Source: Eledone cirrhosa
Lineage: Eukaryota
Length of the DNA: 64,000 nt
Direction of reading: 5' to 3'
Assembly (NCBI GenBank): GCA_964016885.1
Contig: OZ024740.1
Span: forward strand, 59,024,001 to 59,088,000
Below the pieces are notes generated by a model that made no database searches, was not told the origin of the DNA, and worked only from the letters and a program-made list of their open reading frames with translations. Every line of letters starts with the position of its first letter. The first letter of the stretch is position 1. Below are positions 35,401 to 50,400 of this stretch, piece by piece. The position numbers were made by a program, and so were the translations under genes.

Positions 35401-38400
35401 GCTATGGAGCTGGACTCCCGCTGTTATAGTCTAAACCTGACCATCTATGGAGCTGGACTCCCGCTGTTATAGTCTAAACCTGACTATCTGTGGAGCTGGA
35501 CTCCCGCTGTTATAGTCTAAACCTGACTATCTGTGAAGCTGGACTCCCACTGTTATAGTCTAAACCTGACTAGCTATGGAGCTGGACTCCCGCTGTTATA
35601 GTCCAAACCTGACTATCTGTGGAGCTGGACTCCCGCTGTTATAGTCTAAACCTGACTATCTGTGGAGCTGGACTCCCGCTGTTATAGTCCAAACCTGACT
35701 ATCTATGGAGCTGGACTCCCGCTGTTATAGTCCAAACCTGACCACCTATGGAGCTGGACTCCCACTGTTATAGTCTAAACCTGACTATCTGTGGAGCTGG
35801 ACTCCCGCTGTTATAGTCTAAACCTGACTATCTATTGAGCTGGACTCCCGCTGTTATAGTCTAAACCTGACTATCTGTGGAGCTGGACTCCCGCTGTTAT
35901 AGTCTAAACCTGACTATCTGTGGAGCTGGACTCCCGCTGTTATAGTCTAAACCTGACTATCTATGGAGCTGGACTCCCACTGTTATAGTCTAAACCTGAC
36001 TATCTATGGAGCTGGACTCCCGCTGTTATAGTCTAAACCTGACTATCTGTGGAGCTGGACTCCCGCTGTTATAGTCTAAACCTGACTATCTATGGAGCTG
36101 GACTCCCACTGTTATAGTCTAAACCTGACTATCTATCGAGCTGGACTCCCACTGTTATAGTCTAAACCTGACTATCTGTGGAGCTGGACTCCCGCTGTTA
36201 TAGTCTAAACCTGACTATCTATGGAGCTGGACTCCCGCTGTTATAGTCCAAACCTGACTATCTATGGAGCTGGACTCCCGCTGTTATAGTCCAAACCTGA
36301 CCACCTATGGAGCTGGACTCCCACTGTTATAGTCTAAACCTGACTATCTGTGGAGCTGGACTCCCGCTGTTATAGTCTAAACCTGACTATCTATGGAGCT
36401 GGACTCCCGCTGTTATAGTCTAAACCTGACTATCTGTGGAGCTGGACTCCCGCTGTTATAGTCTAAACCTGACTATCTATGGAGCTGGACTCCCACTGTT
36501 ATAGTCTAAACCTGACTATCTATGGAGCTGGACTCCCGCTGTTATAGTCTAAACCTGACTATCTGTGGAGCTGGACTCCCGCTGTTATAGTCTAAACCTG
36601 ACTATCTATGGAGCTGGACTCCCACTGTTATAGTCTAAACCTGACTATCTATGGAGCTGGACTCCCACTGTTATAGTCTAAACCTGACCACCTATGGAGC
36701 TGGACTCCCGCTGTTATAGTCTAAACCTGACCATCTATGGAGCTGGACTCCCGCTGTTATAGTCCAAACCTGACTACCTATGGAGCTGGACTCCCGCTGT
36801 TATAGTCTAAACCTGACCATCTATGGAGCTGGACTCCCGCTGTTATAGTCCAAACCTGACTACCTATGGAGCTGGACTCCCGCTGTTATAGTCTAAACCT
36901 GACCATCTATGGAGCTGGACTCCCGCTGTTATAGTCCAAACCTGACCATCTATGGAGCTGGACTCCCGCTGTTATAGTCTAAACCTGACTATCTATGGAG
37001 CTGGACTCCCACTGTTATAGTCTAAACCTGACTATCTATGGAGCTGGACTCCCGCTGTTATAGTCTAAACCTGACCATCTATGGAGCTGGACTCCCACTG
37101 TTATAGTCTAAACCTGACCATCTATGGAGCTGGACTCCCGCTGTTATCGTCCAAACCTGACCAGCTATGGAGCTGGACTCCCGCTGTTATAGTCTAAACC
37201 TGACTATCTATGGAGCTGGACTCCCACTGTTATAGTCTAAACCTGACTATCTATGGAGCTGGACTCCCGCTGTTATAGTCTAAACCTGACTATCAATGGA
37301 GCTGGACTCCCGCTGTTATAGTCTAAACCTGACTAGCTATGGAGCTGGACTTCTGCTGTTATAGTCTAAACCTGACTATCTGTGGAGCTGGACTCCCGCT
37401 GTTATAGTCTAAACGTGAACATCTATGGAGCTGGACTCCCACTGTTATAGTCTAAACCTGACCATCTATGGAGCTGGACTCCCGCTGTTATAGTCTAAAC
37501 CTGACTATCTATGGAGCTGGACTCCCACTGTTATTGTCTAAACCTGACCATCTATGGAGCTGGACTCCCACTGTTATAGTCTAAACCTGACTATCTATGG
37601 AGCTGGACTCCCACTGTTATAGTCTAAACCTGACTATCTATGGAGCTGGACTCCCGCTGTTATAGTCCAAACCTGACCAGCTATGGAGCTGGACTCCCGC
37701 TGTTATAGTCTAAACCTGACTATCTATGGAGCTGGACTCCCACTGTTATAGTCTAAACCTGACTATCTATGGAGCTGGACTCCCGCTGTTATAGTCCAAA
37801 CCTGACCATCTATGGAGCTGGACTCCCACTGTTATAGTCTAAACCTGACTAGCTATGGAGCTGGACTCCCACTGTTATAGTCTAAACCTGACCATCTATG
37901 GAGCTGGACTCCCACTGTTATAGTCTAAACCTGACTAGCTATGGAGCTGGACTCCCACTGTTATAGTCTAAACCTGACTAGCTATGGAGCTGGACTCCCA
38001 CTGTTATAGTCTAAACCTGACTATCTATGGAGCTGCACTCCCGCTGTTATAGTCTAAACCTGACTAGCTGTGGAGCTGGACTCCCACTGTTATAGTCTAA
38101 ACCTGACCATCTGTGGAGCTGGACTCCCGCTGTTATAGTCTAAACCTGACCATCTATGGAGCTGGACTCCCGCTGTTATAGTCTAAACCTGACTATCTGT
38201 GGAGCTGGACTCCCACTGTTATAGTCTAAACCTGACTATCTATGGAGCTGGACTCCCGCTGTTATAGTCTAAACCTGACCATCTATGGAGCTGGACTCCC
38301 GCTGTTATAGTCTAAACCTGACCATCTATGGAGCTGGACTCCCGCTGTTATAGTCTAACCCTGACTATCTATGGAGCTGGACTCCCGCTGTTATAGTCCA

Positions 38401-41400
38401 AACCTGACTAGCTATGGAGCTGGACTCCCGCTGTTATAGTCTAAACCTGACTATCTATGGAGCTGGACTCCCGCTGTTATAGTCTAAACCTGACCACCTA
38501 TGGAGCTGGACTCCCGCTGTTATAGTCTAAACCTGACTATCTATGGAGCTGGACTCCCGCTGTTATAGTCTAAACCTGACCACCTATGGAGCTGGACTCC
38601 CGCTGTTATAGTCTAAACCTGACTAGCTATGGAGCTGGACTTCTGCTGTTATAGTCTAAACCTGACTAGCTGTGGAGCTGGACTCCTGCTGTTATAGTCT
38701 AAACCTGACTATCTATGGAGCTGGACTCCCGCTGTTATAGTCTAAACCTGACCACCTATGGAGCTGGACTCCCGCTGTTATAGTCTAAACCTGACTATCT
38801 ATGGAGCTGGACTCCCGCTGTTATAGTCTAAACCTGACAATCTATGGAGCTGGACTCCTGCTGTTATAGTCTAAACCAGACTATCTATGGAGCTGGACTC
38901 CCGCTGTTATAGTCTAAACCAGACTATCTATGGAGCTGGACTCCCGCTGTTATAGTCTAAACCTGACTAGTTTTGGAGCTGGACTCCCGCTGTTATAGTC
39001 TAAACCTGACTAGCTATGGAGCTGGACTCCCGCTGTTATAGTCTAACCCTGACTATCTATGGAGCTGGACTCCCGCTGTTATAGTCTAAACCTGACTATC
39101 TATGGAGCTGGACTCCCGCTGTTATAGTCTAAACCTGACCATCTATGGAGCTGGACTCCCGCTGTTATAGTCCAAACCTGACTATCTATGGAGCTGGACC
39201 CCCACTGTTATAGTCTAAACCTGACTATCTATGGAGCTGGACTCCCGCAGTTATAGTCTAAACCTGACCACCTATGGAGCTGGACTCCCGCTGTTATAGT
39301 CTAAACCTGACCACCTATGGAGCTGGACTCCCGCTGTTATAGTCTAAACCTGACCACCTGTGGAGCTGGACTCCCACTGTTATAGTCTAAACCTGACCAT
39401 CTATGGAGCTGGACTCCCACTGTTATAGTCTAAACCTGACTATCTATGGAGCTGGACTCCCGCTGTTATAGTCCAAACCTGACTAGCTATGGAGCTGGAC
39501 TCCCGCTGTTATAGTCTAAACCTGACTATCTATGGAGCTGGACTCCCGCTGTTATAGTCTAAACCTGACTAGCTATGGAGCTGGACTCCCGCTGTTATAG
39601 TCTAAACCTGACCATCTATGGAGCTGGACTTTTGCTGTTATAGTCTAAACCTGACTATCTATGGAGCTGGACTCCCGCTGTTATAGTCCAAACCTGACTA
39701 GCTGTGGAGCTGGACTCCCGCTGTTATAGTCTAAACCTGACTACCTGTGGAGCTGGACTCCTGCTGTTATAGTCTAAACCTGACCATCTATGGAGCTGGA
39801 CTCCCACTGTTATAGTCTAAACCTGACCACCTATGGAGCTGGACTCCTGCTGTTATAGTCCAAACCTGACTATCTATGGAGCTGGACTCCCACTGTTATA
39901 GTCTAAACCTGACCATCTATGGAGCTGGACTCCCGCTGTTATAGTCTAAACCTGACCATCTATGGAGCTGGACTCCCGCTGTTATAGTCTAAACCTGACT
40001 ATCTATGGAGCTGGACTCCCGCTGTTATAGTCTAAACCTGACCACCTATGGAGCTGGACTCCCGCTGTTATAGTCTAAACCTGACCACCTATGGAGCTGG
40101 ACTCCCGCTGTTATAGTCTAAACCTGACCACCTGTGGAGCTGGACTCCCACTGTTATAGTCTAAACCTCACTATCTATGGAGCTGGACTCCCGCTGTTAT
40201 AGTCTAAACCTGACCATCTATGGAGCTGGACTCCCGCTTTTATAGTCTAAACCTGACTAGCTATGGAGCTGGACTCCCGCTGTTATAGTCTAAACCTGAC
40301 TAGCTATGGAGCTGGACTCCCACTGTTATAGTCTAAACCTGACTATCTATGGAGCTGGACTTCTCTGTTATAGTCTAAACCTGACTAGCTATGGAGCTGG
40401 ACTCCCACTGTTATAGTCTAAACCTGACTAGCTATGGAGCTGGACTCCCACTGTTATAGTCTAAACCTGACTAGCTATGGAGCTGGACTCCCGCTGTTAT
40501 AGTCTAAACCTGACTAGCTATGGAGCTGGACTCCCGCTGTTATAGTCTAAACCTGACTAGTTATGGAGCTGGACTCCCACTGTTATAGTCTAAACCTGAC
40601 TATCTATGGAGCTGGACTTCTCTGTTATACTCTAAACCTGACTAGCTATGGAGCTGGACTCCCACTGTTATAGTCTAAACCTGACTAGCTATGGAGCTGG
40701 ACTCCCACTGTTATAGTCTAAACCTGACTAGCTATGGAGCTGGACTCCCGCTGTTATAGTCTAAACCTGACTAGCTATGGAGCTGGACTTCTCTGTTATA
40801 GTCTAAACCTGACTATCTATGGAGCTGGACTTCTCTGTTATAGTCTAAACCTGACTAGCTATGGAGCTGGACTCCACTGTTATAGTCTAAACCTGACTAT
40901 CTATGGAGCTGGACTTCTCTGTTATAGTCTAAACCTGACTAGCTATGGAGCTGGACTCCCGCTGTTATAGTCTAAACCTGACTAGCTATGGAGCTGGACT
41001 CCCGCTGTTATAGTCTAAACCTGACCATCTATGGAGCTGGACTCCCGCTGTTATAGTCTAAACCTGACTATCTGTGGAACTGGACTCCCGCTGTTATAGT
41101 CTAAACCTGACTATCTGTGGAGCTGGACTCCCACTGTTATAGTCTAGACCTGACTATCTATGGAGCTGGACTCCCGCTGTTATAGTCTAAACCTGACCAT
41201 CTATGGAGCTGGACTCCCACTGTTATAGTCTAAACCTGACCATCTATGGAGCTGGACTCCCGCTGTTATAGTCCAAACCTGACCAGCTATGGAGCTGGAC
41301 TCCCGCTGTTATAGTCTAAACCTGACTATCTATGGAGCTGGACTCCCACTGTTATAGTCTAAACCTGACAATCTATGGAGCTGGACTCCCGCTGTTATAG

Positions 41401-44400
41401 TCTAAACCTGACTATCTATGGAGCTGGACTCCCGCTGTTATAGTCTAAACCTGACTAGCTATGGAGCTGGACTTCTGCTATTATAGTCTAAACCTGACTA
41501 TCTATGGAGCTGGACTTCTGCTATTATAGTCTAAACCTGACCATCTATGGAGCTGGACTCCCGCTGTTATAGTCTAAACCTGACTATCTGTGGAGCTGGA
41601 CTCCCGCTGTTATAGTCTAAACCTGACTAGCTATGGAGCTGGACTTCTGCTATTATAGTCTAAACCTGACCATCTATGGAGCTGGACTCCCGCTGTTATA
41701 GTCTAAACCTGACTATCTATGGAGCTGGACTCCCGCTGTTATAGTCTAAACCTGACCATCTATGGAGCTGGACTCCCACTGTTATAGTCTAAACCTGACT
41801 AGCTATGGAGCTGGACTCCTGCTGTTATAGTCTAAACCTGACTATCTGTGGAGCTGGACTCCCACTGTTATAGTCTAAACCTGACTATCTATGGAGCTGC
41901 ACTCCCGCTGTTATAGTCTAAACCTGACTATCTATGGAGCTGCACTCCTGCTGTTATAGTCTAAACCTGACTATCTATGGAGCTGGACTCCCGCTGTTAT
42001 AGTCTAAACCTGACCATCTATGGAGCTGGACTCCCACTGTTATAGTCTAAACCTGACCATCTGTGGAGCTGGACTCCCGCTGTTATAGTCTAAACCTGAC
42101 CACCTATGGAGCTGGACTCCCGCTGTTATAGTCTAAACCTGACTAGCTATGGAGCTGGACTTCTGCTGTTATAGTCTAAACCTGACTAGCTGTGGAGCTG
42201 GACTCCTGCTGTTATAGTCTAAACCTGACTATCTATGGAGCTGGACTCCCGCTGTTATAGTCTAAACCTGACCACCTATGGAGCTGGACTCCCGCTGTTA
42301 TAGTCTAAACCTGACTATCTATGGAGCTGGACTTCTGCTGTTATAGTCTAAACCTGACTATCTGTGGAGCTGGACTCCCGCTGTTATAGTCTAAACCTGA
42401 CTAGCTATGGAGCTGGACTCCCGCTGTTATAGTCTAAACCTGACTATCTATGGAGCTGGACTCCCGCTGTTATAGTCTAAACCTGACCACCTATGGAGCT
42501 GGACTCCCGCTGTTATAGTCTAAACCTGACTATCTATGGAGCTGGACTCCCACTGTTATAGTCTAAACCTGACTAGCTATGGAGCTGGATTCCCGCTGTT
42601 ATAGTCCAAACCTGACCACCTATGGAGCTGGACTCCCGCTGTTATAGTCTAAACCTGACTATCTATGGAGCTGGACTCCCACTGTTATAGTCTAAACCTG
42701 ACTAGCTATGGAGCTGGATTCCCGCTGTTATAGTCCAAACCTGACTATCTATGGAGCTGGACTCCCGCTGTTATAGTCCAAACCTGACTATCTATGGAGC
42801 TGGACTCCCGCTGTTATAGTCTAAACCTGACCACCTATGGAGCTGGACTCCCACTGTTATAGTCTAAACCTGACCACCTATGGAGCTGGACTCCCGCTGT
42901 TATAGTCTAAACCTGACTATCTATGGAGCTGGACTCCCGCTGTTATAGTCTAAACCAGACTATCTATGGAGCTGGACTCCCGCTGTTATAGTCTAAACCT
43001 GACTAGCTGTGGAGCTGGACTCCCACTGTTATAGTCTAAACCTGACTATCTATGGAGCTGGACTCCCGCTGTTATAGTCTAAACCAGACTATCTATGGAG
43101 CTGGACTCCCGCTGTTATAGTCTAAACCTGACTAGCTGTGGAGCTGGACTCCCACTGTTATAGTCTAAAGCTGACTAGCTATGGAGCTGGATTCCCGCTG
43201 TTATAGTCCAAACCTGACCACCTATGGAGCTGGACTCCCGCTGTTATAGTCTAAACCTGACTATCTATGGAGCTGGACTCCCACTGTTATAGTCTAAACC
43301 TGACCACCTATGGAGCTGGACTCCCGCTGTTATAGTCTAAACCTGACCACCTATGGAGCTGGACTCCCGCTGTTATAGTCTAAACCTGACCACCTGTGGA
43401 GCTGGACTCCCACTGTTATAGTCTAAACCTGACCACCCATGGAGCTGGACTCCCGCTGTTATAGTCTAAACCTAACCACCTATGGAGCTGGACTCCCACT
43501 GTTATAGTCCAAACCTGACTAGCTATGGAGCTGGACTTCTGCTGTTATAGTCTAAACCTGACTATCTATGGAGCTGGACTCCCGCTGTTATAGTCTAAAC
43601 CTGACCACCTATGGAGCTGGACTCCCGCTGTTATAGTCTAAACCTGACTATCTATGGAGCTGGACTCCCACTGTTATAGTCTAAACCTGACTAGCTATGG
43701 AGCTGGATTCCCGATGTTATAGTCCAAACCTGACCACCTATGGAGCTGGACTCCCGCTGTTATAGTCTAAACCTGACTATCTATGGAGCTGGACTCCCAC
43801 TGTTATAGTCTAAACCTGACTAGCTATGGAGCTGGATTCCCGCTGTTATAGTCCAAACCTGACTATCTATGGAGCTGGACTCCCGCTGTTATAGTCTAAA
43901 CCTGACTAGCTATGGAGCTGGATTCCCGCTGTTATAGTCCAAACCTGACCACCTATGGAGCTGGACTCCCGCTGTTATAGTCTAAACCTGACTATCTATG
44001 GAGCTGGACTCCCACTGTTATAGTCTAAACCTGACTAGCTATGGAGCTGGACTCCCACTGTTATAGTCTAAACCTGACTGGCTATGGAGCTGGACTCCCG
44101 CTGTTATAGTCTAAACCTGACTATCTATGGAGCTGGACTCCCACTGTTATAGTCTAAACCTGACTGGCTATGGAGCTGGACTCCCGCTGTTATAGTCTAA
44201 ACCTGACTAGCTATGGAGCTGGACTCCTGCTGTTATAGTCTAAACCAGACTATCTATGGAGCTGGACTCCCGCTGTTATAGTCTAAACCAGACTATCTAT
44301 GGAGCTGGACTCCCGCTGTTATAGTCTAAACCTGACTAGTTGTGGAGCTGGACTCCCGCTATTATAGTCTAAACCTGACTAGCTATGGAGCTGGACTCCC

Positions 44401-47400
44401 GCTGTTATAGTCTAACCCTGACTATCTATGGAGCTGGACTCCCGCTGTTATAGTCTAAACCTGACCATCTATGGAGCTGGACTCCCGCTGTTATAGTCTA
44501 AACCTGACCATCTATGGAGCTGGACTCCCGCTGTTATAGTCTAAACCTGACTATCTATGGAGCTGGACTCCCGCTGTTATAGTCTAAACCTGACCACCTA
44601 TGGAGCTGGACTCCCGCTGTTATAGTCTAAACCTGACCACCTATGGAGCTGGACTCCCGCTGTTATAGTCTAAACCTGACCACCTGTGGAGCTGGACTCC
44701 CACTGTTATAGTCTAAACCTCACTATCTATGGAGCTGGACTCCCGCTGTTATAGTCTAAACCTGACCATCTATGGAGCTGGACTCCCGCTGTTATAGTCT
44801 AAACCTGACTAGCTATGGAGCTGGACTCTCGCTGTTATAGTCTAAACCTGACTAGCTATGGAGCTGGACTCCCACTGTTATAGTCTAAACCTGACTATCT
44901 ATGGAGCTGGACTTCTCTGTTATAGTCTAAACCTGACTAGCTATGGAGCTGGACTCCCACTGTTATAGTCTAAACCTGACTAGCTATGGAGCTGGACTCC
45001 CACTGTTATAGTCTAAACCTGACTAGCTATGGAGCTGGACTCCCGCTGTTATAGTCTAAACCTGACTAGCTATGGAGCTGGACTCCCGCTGTTATAGTCT
45101 AAACCTGACTAGCTATGGAGCTGGACTCCCACTGTTATAGTCTAAACCTGACTATCTATGGAGCTGGACTTCTCTGTTATACTCTAAACCTGACTAGCTA
45201 TGGAGCTGGACTCCCACTGTTATAGTCTAAACCTGACTAGCTATGGAGCTGGACTCCCGCTGTTATATTCTAAACCTGACCATCTATGGAGCTGGACTCC
45301 CACTGTTATAGTCTAAACCTGACTAGCTATGGAGCTGGACTCCCACTGTTATAGTCTAAACCTGACTAGCTATGGAGCTGGACTCCCGCTGTTATAGTCT
45401 AAACCTGACTAGCTATGGAGCTGGACTTCTCTGTTATAGTCTAAACCTGACTATCTATGGAGCTGGACTTCTCTGTTATAGTCTAAACCTGACTAGCTAT
45501 GGAGCTGGACTCCACTGTTATAGTCTAAACCTGACTATCTATGGAGCTGGACTTCTCTGTTATAGTCTAAACCTGACTAGCTATGGAGCTGGACTCCCGC
45601 TGTTATAGTCTAAACCTAACTAGCTATGGAGCTGGACTCCCGCTGTTATAGTCTAAACCTGACCATCTATGGAGCTGGACTCCCGCTGTTATAGTCTAAA
45701 CCTGACTATCTGTGGAGCTGGACTCCCGCTGTTATAGTCTAAACCTGACTATCTGTGAAGCTGGACTCCCACTGTTATAGTCTAAACCTGACTAGCTATG
45801 GAGCTGGACTCCCGCTGTTATAGTCCAAACCTGACTATCTGTGGAGCTGGACTCCCGCTGTTATAGTCTAAACCTGACTATCTGTGGAGCTGGACTCCCG
45901 CTGTTATAGTCCAAACCTGACTATCTATGGAGCTGGACTCCCGCTGTTATAGTCTAAACCTGACCACCTATGGAGCTGGACTCCCGCTGTTATAGTCTAA
46001 ACCTGACTATCTATGGAGCTGGACTCCCACTGTTATAGTCTAAACCTGACTAGCTATGGAGCTGGATTCCCGATGTTATAGTCCAAACCTGACCACCTAT
46101 GGAGCTGGACTCCCGCTGTTATAGTCTAAACCTGACTATCTATGGAGCTGGACTCCCACTGTTATAGTCTAAACCTGACTAGCTATGGAGCTGGATTCCC
46201 GCTGTTATAGTCCAAACCTGACTATCTATGGAGCTGGACTCCCGCTGTTATAGTCTAAACCTGACTAGCTATGGAGCTGGATTCCCGCTGTTATAGTCCA
46301 AACCTGACCACCTATGGAGCTGGACTCCCGCTGTTATAGTCTAAACCTGACTATCTATGGAGCTGGACTCCCACTGTTATAGTCTAAACCTGACTAGCTA
46401 TGGAGCTGGACTCCCACTGTTATAGTCTAAACCTGACTGGCTATGGAGCTGGACTCCCGCTGTTATAGTCTAAACCTGACTATCTATGGAGCTGGACTCC
46501 CACTGTTATAGTCTAAACCTGACTGGCTATGGAGCTGGACTCCCGCTGTTATAGTCTAAACCTGACTAGCTATGGAGCTGGACTCCTGCTGTTATAGTCT
46601 AAACCAGACTATCTATGGAGCTGGACTCCCGCTGTTATAGTCTAAACCAGACTATCTATGGAGCTGGACTCCCGCTGTTATAGTCTAAACCTGACTAGTT
46701 GTGGAGCTGGACTCCCGCTATTATAGTCTAAACCTGACTAGCTATGGAGCTGGACTCCCGCTGTTATAGTCTAACCCTGACTATCTATGGAGCTGGACTC
46801 CCGCTGTTATAGTCTAAACCTGACCATCTATGGAGCTGGACTCCCGCTGTTATAGTCTAAACCTGACCATCTATGGAGCTGGACTCCCGCTGTTATAGTC
46901 TAAACCTGACTATCTATGGAGCTGGACTCCCGCTGTTATAGTCTAAACCTGACCACCTATGGAGCTGGACTCCCGCTGTTATAGTCTAAACCTGACCACC
47001 TATGGAGCTGGACTCCCGCTGTTATAGTCTAAACCTGACCACCTGTGGAGCTGGACTCCCACTGTTATAGTCTAAACCTCACTATCTATGGAGCTGGACT
47101 CCCGCTGTTATAGTCTAAACCTGACCATCTATGGAGCTGGACTCCCGCTGTTATAGTCTAAACCTGACTAGCTATGGAGCTGGACCCTCGCTGTTATAGT
47201 CTAAACCTGACTAGCTATGGAGCTGGACTCCCACTGTTATAGTCTAAACCTGACTATCTATGGAGCTGGACTTCTCTGTTATAGTCTAAACCTGACTAGC
47301 TATGGAGCTGGACTCCCACTGTTATAGTCTAAACCTGACTAGCTATGGAGCTGGACTCCCACTGTTATAGTCTAAACCTGACTAGCTATGGAGCTGGACT

Positions 47401-50400
47401 CCCGCTGTTATAGTCTAAACCTGACTAGCTATGGAGCTGGACTCCCGCTGTTATAGTCTAAACCTGACTAGCTATGGAGCTGGACTCCCACTGTTATAGT
47501 CTAAACCTGACTATCTATGGAGCTGGACTTCTCTGTTATACTCTAAACCTGACTAGCTATGGAGCTGGACTCCCACTGTTATAGTCTAAACCTGACTAGC
47601 TATGGAGCTGGACTCCCGCTGTTATAGTCTAAACCTGACCATCTATGGAGCTGGACTCCCACTGTTATAGTCTAAACCTGACTAGCTATGGAGCTGGACT
47701 CCCACTGTTATAGTCTAAACCTGACTAGCTATGGAGCTGGACTCCCGCTGTTATAGTCTAAACCTGACTAGCTATGGAGCTGGACTTCTCTGTTATAGTC
47801 TAAACCTGACTATCTATGGAGCTGGACTTCTCTGTTATAGTCTAAACCTGACTAGCTATGGAGCTGGACTCCACTGTTATAGTCTAAACCTGACTATCTA
47901 TGGAGCTGGACTTCTCTGTTATAGTCTAAACCTGACTAGCTATGGAGCTGGACTCCCGCTGTTATAGTCTAAACCTAACTAGCTATGGAGCTGGACTCCC
48001 GCTGTTATAGTCTAAACCTGACCATCTATGGAGCTGGACTCCCGCTGTTATAGTCTAAACCTGACTATCTGTGGAGCTGGACTCCCGCTGTTATAGTCTA
48101 AACCTGACTATCTGTGAAGCTGGACTCCCACTGTTATAGTCTAAACCTGACTAGCTATGGAGCTGGACTCCCGCTGTTATAGTCCAAACCTGACTATCTG
48201 TGGAGCTGGACTCCCGCTGTTATAGTCTAAACCTGACTATCTGTGGAGCTGGACTCCCGCTGTTATAGTCCAAACCTGACTATCTATGGAGCTGGACTCC
48301 CGCTGTTATAGTCCAAACCTGACCACCTATGGAGCTGGACTCCCACTGTTATAGTCTAAACCTGACTATCTGTGGAGCTGGACTCCCGCTGTTATAGTCT
48401 AAACCTGACTATCTATTGAGCTGGACTCCCGCTGTTATAGTCTAAACCTGACTATCTGTGGAGCTGGACTCCCGCTGTTATAGTCTAAACCTGACTATCT
48501 GTGGAGCTGGACTCCCGCTGTTATAGTCTAAACCTGACTATCTATGGAGCTGGACTCCCACTGTTATAGTCTAAACCTGACTATCTATGGAGCTGGACTC
48601 CCGCTGTTATAGTCTAAACCTGACTATCTGTGGAGCTGGACTCCCGCTGTTATAGTCTAAACCTGACTATCTATGGAGCTGGACTCCCACTGTTATAGTC
48701 TAAACCTGACTATCTATCGAGCTGGACTCCCACTGTTATAGTCTAAACCTGACTATCTGTGGAGCTGGACTCCCGCTGTTATAGTCTAAACCTGACTATC
48801 TATGGAGCTGGACTCCCGCTGTTATAGTCCAAACCTGACTATCTATGGAGCTGGACTCCCGCTGTTATAGTCCAAACCTGACCACCTATGGAGCTGGACT
48901 CCCACTGTTATAGTCTAAACCTGACTATCTGTGGAGCTGGACTCCCGCTGTTATAGTCTAAACCTGACTATCTATGGAGCTGGACTCCCGCTGTTATAGT
49001 CTAAACCTGACTATCTGTGGAGCTGGACTCCCGCTGTTATAGTCTAAACCTGACTATCTATGGAGCTGGACTCCCACTGTTATAGTCTAAACCTGACTAT
49101 CTATGGAGCTGGACTCCCGCTGTTATAGTCTAAACCTGACTATCTGTGGAGCTGGACTCCCGCTGTTATAGTCTAAACCTGACTATCTATGGAGCTGGAC
49201 TCCCACTGTTATAGTCTAAACCTGACTATCTATGGAGCTGGACTCCCACTGTTATAGTCTAAACCTGACCACCTATGGAGCTGGACTCCCGCTGTTATAG
49301 TCTAAACCTGACCATCTATGGAGCTGGACTCCCGCTGTTATAGTCCAAACCTGACTACCTATGGAGCTGGACTCCCGCTGTTATAGTCTAAACCTGACCA
49401 TCTATGGAGCTGGACTCCCGCTGTTATAGTCCAAACCTGACTACCTATGGAGCTGGACTCCCGCTGTTATAGTCTAAACCTGACCATCTATGGAGCTGGA
49501 CTCCCGCTGTTATAGTCCAAACCTGACCATCTATGGAGCTGGACTCCCGCTGTTATAGTCTAAACCTGACTATCTATGGAGCTGGACTCCCACTGTTATA
49601 GTCTAAACCTGACTATCTATGGAGCTGGACTCCCGCTGTTATAGTCTAAACCTGACCATCTATGGAGCTGGACTCCCACTGTTATAGTCTAAACCTGACC
49701 ATCTATGGAGCTGGACTCCCGCTGTTATCGTCCAAACCTGACCAGCTATGGAGCTGGACTCCCGCTGTTATAGTCTAAACCTGACTATCTATGGAGCTGG
49801 ACTCCCACTGTTATAGTCTAAACCTGACTATCTATGGAGCTGGACTCCCGCTGTTATAGTCTAAACCTGACTATCAATGGAGCTGGACTCCCGCTGTTAT
49901 AGTCTAAACCTGACTAGCTATGGAGCTGGACTTCTGCTGTTATAGTCTAAACCTGACTATCTGTGGAGCTGGACTCCCGCTGTTATAGTCTAAACGTGAA
50001 CATCTATGGAGCTGGACTCCCACTGTTATAGTCTAAACCTGACCATCTATGGAGCTGGACTCCCGCTGTTATAGTCTAAACCTGACTATCTATGGAGCTG
50101 GACTCCCACTGTTATTGTCTAAACCTGACCATCTATGGAGCTGGACTCCCACTGTTATAGTCTAAACCTGACTATCTATGGAGCTGGACTCCCACTGTTA
50201 TAGTCTAAACCTGACTATCTATGGAGCTGGACTCCCGCTGTTATAGTCCAAACCTGACCAGCTATGGAGCTGGACTCCCGCTGTTATAGTCTAAACCTGA
50301 CTATCTATGGAGCTGGACTCCCACTGTTATAGTCTAAACCTGACTATCTATGGAGCTGGACTCCCGCTGTTATAGTCCAAACCTGACCATCTATGGAGCT